DNA of 63,991 nt, filler included, from an uncultured Methanoregulaceae archaeon (GTDB taxonomy: Archaea > Halobacteriota > Methanomicrobia > Methanomicrobiales > Methanospirillaceae), in assembly GCA_964530035.1 (NCBI GenBank). It is 6 parts of 6 records of this genome, joined end to end, with 100 filler letters (N's around TTAATTAATTAA, not from the genome) between each part and the next. Parts side by side here need not be neighbours in the genome. Positions count along the whole stretch, not along the records: positions 44,920 to 55,817 come from CAZGXZ010000078.1; positions 55,918 to 63,991 come from CAZGXZ010000121.1; 4 more parts are not named here. The stretch is one strand, 5' to 3'. Made by a program: the position numbers and the translations under genes. This document shows, piece by piece, positions 47,217 to 56,455 of this stretch (the first letter of the stretch is position 1; the number at the start of each line of letters is the position of its first letter). The notes under the pieces are model-generated. The model had not been told where the DNA came from. It ran no database searches and saw only the letters and a list, made by a program, of their open reading frames with translations.

Positions 47217-48806
47217 TTAGATCGGGAGGGTATCAGGGGTGAACCTGTACCCGTCCCTTGGTACCTGTATCTCGAATCGTGCACCCTTTCCGGGTTCCCC
47301 GGTCTCCCTGATGCTCATCCCGGTGATGGACAGGACCTCCCGTACCAGGAAGAGACCGAGGCCGCTGTTCTTCCCGTACCCACGGTCAAAGATCATGTGT
47401 TTCTCCTCGGCAGGGATTCCGACTCCGTTATCCTCGATGACAAGGACCAGTCCTTCGGCCGTTTCCCGGCATGAGATGGTCACGTCAGTCGCGTGCCCTC
47501 CGTACATCACGATGTTCTGCATCATGTGGAACAGGACCTTCTCCAGCAGGGGATCGGCATACACCTCGAGGCCGTCTGCAAGAAAATGCCGGTTGATCCG
47601 GGAAAAATCCATGTGCGAGATGGCAAAGAGGAACACCTGCCCGACGTTCTGCCATTTCGGGGGGTTGACCCCCATGTCCTGGTAGTTTTTGGCGAAGTTC
47701 AGGGAATCGGTGATCTTCTGGATTGATGACATTTGTTTTTCGAGGAACTCCCTTTGTTTTTCGCCGGTGACAACAGTCTTCAGGAGCTCCTGGTAGGCCG
47801 TTAAGGTGAATGCAGCTGTCTGGATGTCCTGGAAGGTAACCTGGTTCAACAGGCTTATTTTATTCCTTGCGAATTGCAGCGCTTTCTCCATCCGCCTGCC
47901 TTCGGTGATGTCCTCGGAGATCCCCATGAGGTACCCGGGCTTTCCGGTTTCATCGGGAATGGAGATCTTCTTGGTATGGAGAATGCGAGTGCCTTTTACC
48001 CGGGTCTGTATCTTCTCCTCGGGAATATCCATGACCATCTGGTGTTCAAGGACATCACGGTCCTTCCTGGTGAAAAAGTCAGCCTCATCCTTTGGAAAGA
48101 AATCGTAATCGTTTTTTCCGACGAGTTCTTCGCGTGAATACCCGAGAAGCTCCTCGCCGGCCCGGTTCAGCCGTACGAACCTGAGGTCGCGGGCGTCCTT
48201 GATGAAGATCATGTCCGGGATGTTTTCTACCACGTTGTTGAGGAACCGTTCGCTCCGCTGAAGGGCTTCCTCGGCATTTTTCTGCTCGGTGATGTCCTCA
48301 AGGGTCTCTATCACCCCGATGATGGATCCCTGTACGTCCCGGATTGGAACCGCTGTGCTATGGAGCCATTTTCCCGAGGTTCCCATGTCAGGGAAGAAAT
48401 CAGTGATTTCATACCCCTCCTTCACGAGCCGCGATGTGCTCCATCTGCCGGGGTACCAGACGGATAACCGGTCTGGCGTGTTGTTCAGTACGATGTCGGC
48501 AAGTACAGGTCTTTTTTCACGGTAAAAAGCCTTCCATTGTCCATCCGTCCCCAGGATATCCTCTTCCCGGATCCCGCTGTAGGTCTCAATCGTCCTGTTC
48601 CAGGAGATGACCCTGTGGTCCTGGTCGAGAACGAACTGCATGACCGGCGAGGCGTCCAGGATAGATTTCAACCGGGCCTCGCTTTTCTTCAACGCTTCCT
48701 GCTGCTGCTGGAGCTCAGGGTAATAGCTCTTCCGGATGGACCGTTCTCCGAGACCAATGATCTTCTCCCTCTGGATCTCGAAGTCCGGCTCGTCATCAGA
48801 GGGCAT
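47217..48806 (-). CDS. ErcS-like PAS-PAS sensor kinase lacking the H-box His
   Basis: N-terminal IIGLGERSIRKSYYPEL; two PAS/PAC; VTFQDIQ at the H-box position; DNGVGI, GLGL; start overlaps the ADH stop. Confidence 0.85.
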   Translation of the reverse strand: MPSDDEPDFEIQREKIIGLGERSIRKSYYPELQQQQEALKKSEARLKSILDASPVMQFVLDQDHRVISWNRTIETYSGIREEDILGTDGQWKAFYREKRPVLADIVLNNTPDRLSVWYPGRWSTSRLVKEGYEITDFFPDMGTSGKWLHSTAVPIRDVQGSIIGVIETLEDITEQKNAEEALQRSERFLNNVVENIPDMIFIKDARDLRFVRLNRAGEELLGYSREELVGKNDYDFFPKDEADFFTRKDRDVLEHQMVMDIPEEKIQTRVKGTRILHTKKISIPDETGKPGYLMGISEDITEGRRMEKALQFARNKISLLNQVTFQDIQTAAFTLTAYQELLKTVVTGEKQREFLEKQMSSIQKITDSLNFAKNYQDMGVNPPKWQNVGQVFLFAISHMDFSRINRHFLADGLEVYADPLLEKVLFHMMQNIVMYGGHATDVTISCRETAEGLVLVIEDNGVGIPAEEKHMIFDRGYGKNSGLGLFLVREVLSITGMSIRETGEPGKGARFEIQVPRDGYRFTPDTLPI

Positions 48807-49959
48807 GCGTGTACATCCGCTCCAGGTCGCTGATGGTGACCTTCCTGGGGTTGGTCGCCAGGCAGGGGTCGCGTATCGCCTTTTTAACAAGATCAGGAAT
48901 GTCATTCCTGGTGACACCCAGGTCTGCAAGGGTCAGGGTGTCCCTGAGCGATTCGCGGATCGACCTTATGGCTGACAGTAACGCCCTCTTTTCATCTTCA
49001 GGGGACGAGGTTGCGGTACCGGCTCCCAGCAGCCTCCCGATCTTCATGAAGCGTTCCGGGGTAGCCTCAAAGTTGAAATCGACGACGGATTCCAGGAGGA
49101 TGGAATTGCAAGCCCCATGGGGGAGGTCGGAGAGGCCCCCGAGGGCATGCGCCATTGCGTGCACCGCTCCGAGACTGGCATTGGAAAAGGCAAGGCCGGC
49201 AAGGAGGCTGCCGATCATGGTCTGGTTCCGGTATTCAATAGTCTCGGGATTGGACTGTGCAAGGAGCAGATGCCTGCTCAGCTGGGAGATTGCCTCACAC
49301 GCAAGGGTATCGGTGACCGGTGAACTGGCGTTCGAGACGTACGCCTCGATGGAATGCGTCATGGCATCCATGCCTGTCTGGGCGGTGAGGTCCGGTGGCA
49401 TCGACATCAGGGGCACAGGGTCGACAAGGGCGATATCGGGGACGATCTTCTTGCTGATGATGGCTATCTTCACCTTTCGTGCGACGTCGTTGATGATGGC
49501 GAACTGCGAGACGTCCGCACCCGTCCCGGCGGTTGTCGGTATGCAGATCAGCGGGGGCGGTGGGATAGGGATGGTGTCGACACCTTCAAAAGTAAGGATG
49601 TCCTGCCTGTTCGAGACAACGATACCAACCCCCTTGGCGCAGTCCATCGGACTCCCTCCTCCGACTGCGATGATGGCATCGCACCCTGACTGCTGGTACC
49701 GTTCCACCGCATCCATTACTTCGTGGTCTCTCGGGTTTGGAGTCACATCCTGGAACAGGGTGTACCCGGTTTCCTCGGCATCGAGACTTGCGGTTATATC
49801 CGCGACCCAGCCTGCTTTTATGATGCCAGGGTCGGTGACCACGAGAACATTCGTGGCGCAGAGATTTTTTGCATACCTGCCAGCCAGCAGGCGGGCGTCC
49901 TTTCCCATGATAAATTCGGGAGCGACGAACTTCCGCATCTCCAGACCTGCAAAAACCAT
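48796..49959 (-). CDS. Iron-containing alcohol dehydrogenase-like protein (ErcA-like)
   Basis: RKFVAPEF, VTPNPRD, GGGSPMDCAK, PTTAGTG, DAMTHSIE, HAMAH, HG. Confidence 0.9.
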   Translation of the reverse strand: MVFAGLEMRKFVAPEFIMGKDARLLAGRYAKNLCATNVLVVTDPGIIKAGWVADITASLDAEETGYTLFQDVTPNPRDHEVMDAVERYQQSGCDAIIAVGGGSPMDCAKGVGIVVSNRQDILTFEGVDTIPIPPPPLICIPTTAGTGADVSQFAIINDVARKVKIAIISKKIVPDIALVDPVPLMSMPPDLTAQTGMDAMTHSIEAYVSNASSPVTDTLACEAISQLSRHLLLAQSNPETIEYRNQTMIGSLLAGLAFSNASLGAVHAMAHALGGLSDLPHGACNSILLESVVDFNFEATPERFMKIGRLLGAGTATSSPEDEKRALLSAIRSIRESLRDTLTLADLGVTRNDIPDLVKKAIRDPCLATNPRKVTISDLERMYTHAL

Positions 49960-50091
49960 GAGGATCCTCCGGTTATCCTACTGACCCATTCTGTTCCCGA
50001 TTTAAATATCTATCTGGGGACAGGAGGCGGGACCGTATGTGCCCCGTGTAACGCCATGGCACAATAAAATGCCAAAAAAAGGTTTTGGAGA

Positions 50092-50652
50092 TTATACCGC
50101 CTTGTAGGCGGCCCGGATGATTGCTCCGGTGATTACGCTGATGATGCCCCATATGACGAAGAAGGTGCCGATCAGGATGACGGCGATCGCAATCCCGATG
50201 AGGGGCCCGATGATGATGAGGAGCCCGAGGACCAGCGACAGAACCGCCTGGAGGGCGAAGAGGCCCCGGTGTGTCATCTGTTTTTCAGAAACCGCCAGGA
50301 CCAGGCCCATGAGGCCGGCGATAAACAGGGCGATCCCCACCAGGGTGAAGATGACCTTGCCCATCACGGTCGGGGACAGCATGGTCGCCAGTCCGAAGAA
50401 GAACCCGATGACTCCAAGGATTGCCAGGAGAATGGAACCCTTGACACCGCCGGGAGCCACGACGGCCATCATGATCACCGAGAACGAGAGAATGATGATG
50501 AACATCCCGATAAGTTCGATCAGCACCGCCGCGGTTATCTGCGGAAACATCGCGATGACGAGGCCGAGGACGATAGCCAGGAACCCAAGGAGGACAAGTG
50601 CTCCCCACTTTATCTCGAGGGCCTGGCCCTGTGAAAACCCACCGTTAGCCAT
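50092..50652 (-). CDS. HdeD/DUF308 membrane protein
   Basis: Six short TM helices with G.LAIVLG...P repeats. Confidence 0.8.
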   Translation of the reverse strand: MANGGFSQGQALEIKWGALVLLGFLAIVLGLVIAMFPQITAAVLIELIGMFIIILSFSVIMMAVVAPGGVKGSILLAILGVIGFFFGLATMLSPTVMGKVIFTLVGIALFIAGLMGLVLAVSEKQMTHRGLFALQAVLSLVLGLLIIIGPLIGIAIAVILIGTFFVIWGIISVITGAIIRAAYKAV

Positions 50653-51018
50653 AAGAATACTCACAGTATTTTCAGGAAATGAACTATATAAACGTACCTT
50701 CAACCCAGGGACGGATTTTGTTAGCCTGCTCTCGAACAGACGAGATCGACGTCCTGTGTCTAGTATGGACCTGCTCTTTTCCCGGTGCTTTGACCTTCAT
50801 GGGACCATCCCCCGGAAACCCTGCTGGAACAATATTCCCCGCGGTTCCTTGCAGGAGACGGGTAAGGGAACAGGCATTTTTTTCAGTTCAGCCGCATGAA
50901 TCGTCCCGTTCCTCCATTCAGCCGTTGTGCCTGGGGAAATGAGGCAATAACGGATTGATATTGTTGCATGCCAAAAAGAAAGGATTTCCTGGGCGCTTAT
51001 CACTGCCGGGATCCGCTG

Positions 51019-53028
51019 TTACGGGATCGGGCCGGTCGAACTGCTCACAACTGCCCCGTTCCTTATCGTCAGGAGCCTGAACTCATCGGTGACGACCGGT
51101 TCGTCGTTGTCATAGTACGCCATGATGCCAGCTGCATAAGTTCCGTCAGGGAGCATCGCGTACGACATGGTCGTCTGTGGTCCTGCAGTGCCCGTTGCGA
51201 GGACACGCTCGACAGTGTTTTTGGAGGCGGTATTATAGGCATCCGTGAAGGTCGTGACCCTGGTGCCCTGGCCGAATGCATTCATCCCGTCCCCCAGCAC
51301 CTCAGCCCCGTCATCGGTCCTGTAACAGGGACTGATCATGATCTGGGGGAGGTTCGTACCCTGTTTAATGAAGGTCACCAGCGAGGCATTCGTTGAATAA
51401 CCGCCGTTTTCCATGGATATCCAGGAGAAATGCGTATTGTGCCCGTCGACGGTGTCGTAGTTGTAGACCAGGTCGACCAGGAGAGGTTTGCCAGTCCCCG
51501 CGGTGTCCTTCAGGTAATACCACCGGCCGTCCCAGGCAGGGATCCGGTACAGTCCGTCAACACCTTTTTCTATGGGCAATGTCCCGATCTCGAGGAGTTC
51601 TGGTCCGTTGACCTTGTAGAACGCCGCATAGATACTGGCGTCCTGGAACGGGTCCTGCAGCTGGAATGCTCCGTTCCCCTTCCCGGCAAAGACGGGCCGT
51701 GAAAGGTCTGACGCATCGCTCATCGTAGGTATGATGGTCCCGCTGCCGGCCTCTGTCACTGCTATTTCGGTCGTCTTCTCCTCTTCGGCCGGTCCGCTCT
51801 CCTGCACGCCTTCCTGGGAGGTGATGACCATGGTCCTGAAGAATTCGTCCCACTTTGGTCCGATCTTCACTCCCTGGCCGTACTTATCATACTGTTTGAT
51901 ATCCATCGCGTCAGGGGCGGCGATCGAGATCCCACACACACTCTGGCTGTACGAGTTGTGTTTCTCGAATACGACCGCCTTTTTGGTCAGGGCAATTATT
52001 TTTTGAGTATCTGAGTTCAGTTCGGGACGCTTCTTCCCGATATTCGTCATAAGCGACACCAGGTCGACCGATGTCCCCGCGTCCCCGTCAGTGACCCCGA
52101 GGCGGATGGCGTTGTTGTAGGCCGCCTTGATATCATGCAGCCCCTCCTCGGTCTTCACGACCTGGATGAGCTTTGCGCCCAGCTTGTCAAGGCCGTCCCG
52201 TATCGCCGGGACCTTCGTGGCATCGATGATCGACGAGGTCTTGATATTGGCATCCTCGGCATTCCGCCTGATATAGGCGTCAGCAAGCAGGGTACTCAGC
52301 GTCCTGGTATCGGTCGAGGGATTTTTTATCAGGGGCCCGACGAGGTTCTCGTAATCATAACTCCCCCACTGGATCTCTTCCGAACCGAACATGAGTTTCG
52401 TATATGGCTTAACCGTTTTCGCGACCTCGACGGAGCCCATGAGACAGGCGTCAAAGATGATCGGGTCGAAGCTGACGGGATGCTGCTTCAGCGCCGTGTC
52501 GATATCGTCCATGAGGAGCAGGTTCGAGGTGCGCTCGTCCATCCCGATGCCGGAGTACGACCCTCCATGGTCAGAGATGATGAGGATGTTCCGGTCACCC
52601 GTCCGTGAAGCCATGGCCGTGGAGAGGAACTGTGAAAAACTCCGCCCCGAACCCATGTCAGCCTGGAGGTCGGAGTAGAGATACTCCCTGCCATTGCCGA
52701 ACTGTTCGTCCCTGGCATCCTCCTTGAGCTGTTCGATGGTAGCTACCTTCATCCCGTTCCAGCCTGATTTCTTCGACCCTCCGAACGCAACGATGAAATC
52801 GAGTTTCTTTGGATCGGTTGATCCGTAGGAATTGAGAATGGTGAGGAGGTCCGAGGTGCCGGCGCCGTTCTTTGATTCAAGGTCGCTTCCGACCATGTAC
52901 AGCAGCACCAGGGCCTTGGTATGGTTCGCCGACGAATCCGCGGCAGCACATCCCGTCATCCCCACGGTAAGTACGAGAATGAGGACGAGTATCCCCAACC
53001 CCATGCATGGTGTTCTCCTGTTCATCAT
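51019..53028 (-). CDS. Secreted clostripain-family (C11) cysteine peptidase
   Basis: Signal peptide; LYMVGSDLES; SDHGG and FDACLMG catalytic motifs; GSEE. Confidence 0.88.
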   Translation of the reverse strand: MMNRRTPCMGLGILVLILVLTVGMTGCAAADSSANHTKALVLLYMVGSDLESKNGAGTSDLLTILNSYGSTDPKKLDFIVAFGGSKKSGWNGMKVATIEQLKEDARDEQFGNGREYLYSDLQADMGSGRSFSQFLSTAMASRTGDRNILIISDHGGSYSGIGMDERTSNLLLMDDIDTALKQHPVSFDPIIFDACLMGSVEVAKTVKPYTKLMFGSEEIQWGSYDYENLVGPLIKNPSTDTRTLSTLLADAYIRRNAEDANIKTSSIIDATKVPAIRDGLDKLGAKLIQVVKTEEGLHDIKAAYNNAIRLGVTDGDAGTSVDLVSLMTNIGKKRPELNSDTQKIIALTKKAVVFEKHNSYSQSVCGISIAAPDAMDIKQYDKYGQGVKIGPKWDEFFRTMVITSQEGVQESGPAEEEKTTEIAVTEAGSGTIIPTMSDASDLSRPVFAGKGNGAFQLQDPFQDASIYAAFYKVNGPELLEIGTLPIEKGVDGLYRIPAWDGRWYYLKDTAGTGKPLLVDLVYNYDTVDGHNTHFSWISMENGGYSTNASLVTFIKQGTNLPQIMISPCYRTDDGAEVLGDGMNAFGQGTRVTTFTDAYNTASKNTVERVLATGTAGPQTTMSYAMLPDGTYAAGIMAYYDNDEPVVTDEFRLLTIRNGAVVSSSTGPIP

Positions 53029-53354
53029 TCATCCTTCACGAAACAGGAGTTGGTGACACCGGGTAAATAGATTCACTGAAATGAGTTTTGCACCTATCCG
53101 GGTCATGGATCCTGTGTGAATAAACCGCAACGGCAAGGGGTTGACGAGTAGCGGGATGCCTGGAATGTGCCCGGATGAGAAGAAGACCCCATCTGAAAAC
53201 AACCCTGCACACATGAAACAAGGTTTCCCTGGAAGGACGCCACCGCTCCGCTACCTTTATCCGTGAGAGACCATGAACATCATGTCTGAATCCGTTATTA
53301 CCGACCGTAATTCCCGGATTGGAATATATGATCGGATTCAAAGGTGTGAGACAT

Positions 53355-54338
53355 ATGAACCGGAAAACACGCATAACCTGCCTGATCCCTGTCCTTGTCG
53401 TCATCATGACACTCCTGGGGTCACCCGCTCTGGCGGCATCCCCTGGGGCGATCGGAGGAAACGAGGGCTGGTACTCCGTCCATGCAAACGTCGACGGGGC
53501 CCAGGTCTACTTTGACAGCACGTACCAGGGAGTCATCAACGCCGGGGTGCTCAATGTCCCGGTGTACTCGACCGGTACTCCGTACAAGACCTACAAGGTC
53601 GAAATGACGGGCTATACGACCTATACCGGCAGCATGCCCGGAGTCCCCGGAAAGGGCGAGACGATTGACCTGTATGCGACCTTAAATCCAGCCCCGCCAA
53701 CGAAGTCCCCGGTCATCGGGGGAGACCAGGGCTGGTATGTCGTCCATGCGAACATCGACGGGGCATCGGTCTACTTTGACTCCACGTATGAAGGGGTTAT
53801 CAGCTCCGGGGAACTGAGCGTTCCTGTCTATACGACCGGCACACCGTACAAGACCTACAAGGTCGAGATGACAGGGTACACAACCTATACCGGCAGCATG
53901 CCCGGAGTCCCGGGAAAGGGCGAGACGATTGACCTGTATGCGACCTTGAACCCTGTCGCCCCGACGAATCCTCCGGTCATCGGGGGAGACCAGGGCTGGT
54001 ATGTCGTCCATGCGAACGTCGACGGGGCATCGGTCTACTTTGACAACCAGCTTGAAGGCCAGATCTCCCAGGGCACTCTCACCGTACCGGTCTATACAAC
54101 AGGAACGCCCTTTAAAACCTACACGGTCTCCATGGCCGGGTATACGACATTTACCGGGCAGATCACCCAGTTCCCATCGAAAGGACAGACGGTCGACCTG
54201 TATGCGACCCTGAATCCCCAGCCGACGACAGTCCCGACAACCGTTCCCACCACAAAGTCCCCGGTACCGGTCCCTGTCATCCTTGCTTCTCTCGCACTTG
54301 CGGGGACATGCGCCGCTTTTTTCAGGAACCGCCCCTGA
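53355..54338 (+). CDS. Surface protein with three PEGA-like repeats and a C-terminal sorting/TM signal
   Basis: Signal peptide; 3 x 88-aa repeats (GWY.VHANVDGA.VYFD...); T/P linker, KSP.P + TM + basic tail. Confidence 0.85.
   Translation: MNRKTRITCLIPVLVVIMTLLGSPALAASPGAIGGNEGWYSVHANVDGAQVYFDSTYQGVINAGVLNVPVYSTGTPYKTYKVEMTGYTTYTGSMPGVPGKGETIDLYATLNPAPPTKSPVIGGDQGWYVVHANIDGASVYFDSTYEGVISSGELSVPVYTTGTPYKTYKVEMTGYTTYTGSMPGVPGKGETIDLYATLNPVAPTNPPVIGGDQGWYVVHANVDGASVYFDNQLEGQISQGTLTVPVYTTGTPFKTYTVSMAGYTTFTGQITQFPSKGQTVDLYATLNPQPTTVPTTVPTTKSPVPVPVILASLALAGTCAAFFRNRP
53451..54220 (+). repeat. Three tandem intragenic repeats, 264-nt period
   Basis: Units start at 53451, 53715 and 53979 with long near-identical DNA blocks. 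Confidence 0.9.
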
Positions 54339-54686
54339 AACCTTTTTCTCGAGACGTTATCGTGGACAACTGGCCATGATCATGGGATAAGATAGCCGGG
54401 GAATCTTTTTGCCCGGGACATCTTCCGGACAGGGACCGGATGGAGCTCAAATACATTAAAACAGGCTCTGTTAAAATTCCCCTGGCCGGAATTGCAGCGG
54501 ATGGAGATCTTTCATAAAAGGGTCAATGAAATAGAAGAGATGAAGGATTTCACCAGAGCTGAAAAAACTAACAATGGCCCCTCATTCAGGAGATTCTGGA
54601 TGGGTTTTTCATGGTTCGAATGCGAACCCCCGTTCATGTATGGTTCAAGAGAGCTTTAAACCAGGATAAATGGAAAAAAAGGTTGT

Positions 54687-55289
54687 TCAGGCCTTGACAT
54701 CCACCCCGATAAGGATGACGGTCTTGTTCGATGAGGTCCTGACGGGGGCGTAACCGGAAAGGAAGGTGCCCCAGGAATCGGTATAGGGCCCGACGCCGAT
54801 GGGTGCGGTGACCCGGGTCTTCAACTCAGCAGGTGCATCATTGTACTCGTCCAGGTACTCCGATCCGTCCGGGAGCCCGTGGTTTGCATCGATGATGAAC
54901 CGGGTCGTCCCGTTCACCTGTTCAAGGACATAGACGTACCGGATGAGGGCATCTGTCGCCTTGAATGCTTTTAACTGGTCGAGAACGAGGATGAAGGACG
55001 TAGAGTTCTGGCCCTCCCTGACTACCGCCTCAAGGGCCTTCACATCGATCTCACCTGCAAACCTGCCTGCAAGGGTGGCAAGGTCCTTCTTCAGGGTCTC
55101 ATTGACCGTAAGGTCCGGGGTGACCCCTGCAGGTTTCAGGGTGGTGGCCACAGGTGATGGCGTGACCGTCACAGAGGGGGGCTGCCCGGTACATCCGGCT
55201 GAGAGCAGGACCGCTCCGAGCAGGAGGAGCACGGACCCGAGTATGACTCCCTGGTGCATCTTCATGGAGAAGGATGCAGTCTTGTGCAA
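54687..55289 (-). CDS. Lipoprotein with Cache/PDC-like sensor domain
   Basis: Lipobox-like LSAGC; IRYVYVL, PYTDSWGTFLSGYAPV..VILIGVDV. Confidence 0.7.
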   Translation of the reverse strand: MHKTASFSMKMHQGVILGSVLLLLGAVLLSAGCTGQPPSVTVTPSPVATTLKPAGVTPDLTVNETLKKDLATLAGRFAGEIDVKALEAVVREGQNSTSFILVLDQLKAFKATDALIRYVYVLEQVNGTTRFIIDANHGLPDGSEYLDEYNDAPAELKTRVTAPIGVGPYTDSWGTFLSGYAPVRTSSNKTVILIGVDVKA

Positions 55290-55430
55290 ATAAAGCGGTT
55301 GCGATTTTTATTCAGGGAGCCATGACGGCTAGGCATGATGCCCGGGGGAGATACTGTTTCCTCCGCCTTTATATCATCACCTTTGCAATAGTGTGGACAT
55401 GGATCCAGACAGTCCGGGAGAGACCACTTC

Positions 55431-55817
55431 ATGAATGACGTTCACGAGGTGTCGCGTTTCAGTCGTCTGAAGGAGTCCTTCTGCGATTCATTCGGAGAGA
55501 TCGTCTTCGGCATGTCGGACGGAACGGTTTCGATATTCGGTCTTGTGGCCGGGATGATGGCCGGCGCCCAGTCCGGGAGCGTTATTCTCCTCGCCGGGGC
55601 CACGGCGGCGATCGCCGCAACGGTCTCGATGATGGCCGGAGTCTTCCTTGACCTCGAGTCCGAGCAGGACAGCGCCCGGGTCGAGGCCGCTCTCCGGGAG
55701 GCTGAGATCAGGAGGGACCCGGCTGCAGCCGTTACGAAGATGATAAGTGACTTCCGGGGTGCGGGGTTCAGCCAGGCAAGCCTCGAGGCGATCAGGAACG
55801 ACCTCGAGAAGGAACCC
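55431..55817 (+). CDS. VIT1/CCC1 transporter family protein, 3'-truncated
   Basis: EIVFGMSDGTVSIFGLVAG...AATVSMMAG. Confidence 0.88.
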
Positions 55818-55917
55818 NNNNNNNNNNNNNNNNNNNNNNNNNNNNNNNNNNNNNNNNNNNNTTAATTAATTAANNNNNNNNNNNNNNNNNNNNNNNNNNN
55901 NNNNNNNNNNNNNNNNN
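55818..55917. other. Artificial contig spacer
   Basis: N run with TTAATTAATTAA. Confidence 0.99.
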
Positions 55918-55972
55918 TCAACGGTATGCCTATCTTACCCTCTGCGATTTACCACTAAGGCTGAACAGTTAC
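55918..55972 (+). mobile_element. Right end of an IS66-like element
   Basis: Reading frame NGMPILPSAIYH* followed by CTGAACAGTTAC, the reverse complement of GTAACTGTTCAG (IS66-type GTAA terminus); at a contig edge. Confidence 0.55.
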
Positions 55973-56455
55973 GATTTTCCTTCATAAGGCCGTTGCAGTG
56001 ATTTTTTGCAATTTCCCTGGCTTCTGCCAGAGATATATGCGTATACGTCTCCCTCCAAATAAAATCTTTATAATCACCCATTAAATTCTCTCCTGAACCC
56101 TGACAGGGTATCAGATAAAAAATGAATGATACTGAACCACGATTAAATAACTGCTTTTCTCCCCGGGGATATCTTTCGTCTTAATGAATTTTCGGAAATA
56201 TGCAGTTATGGCTTTTTAAGATCGCCTTTTCCTGGATTTGGAAATTATACCTCGCCCAAAAGCAGGTCTCCCCAAACACATTCTGAAAAAATGACAGTCT
56301 GAATGCTTGGGATACTTTCAACTGACAGATAATGCAGGCAGATCAGAATGTCTCATCTCAATCCTTCTAGTGCAGATAAAAAGACGCTATAACATGCCTT
56401 AGGGATGTCTTTCCTTGTGATGAACCCGGCATTTGCCCGTCCAGGGGATCACGTT

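Noticed and set aside
48809..49984. Long antisense ORFs (391 aa here; also 58578-59456, 26177-27049, 50117-50899) and the same-strand alternative frame 44864-45724
   Set aside because: They overlap well-supported genes in another strand or frame and have no recognisable motifs; typical shadow ORFs of GC-rich codon usage
53451..54220. Possible CRISPR or non-coding repeat array
   Set aside because: Repeats are 264 nt, in frame and protein-coding; no short repeat-spacer array or cas gene was seen anywhere in the window
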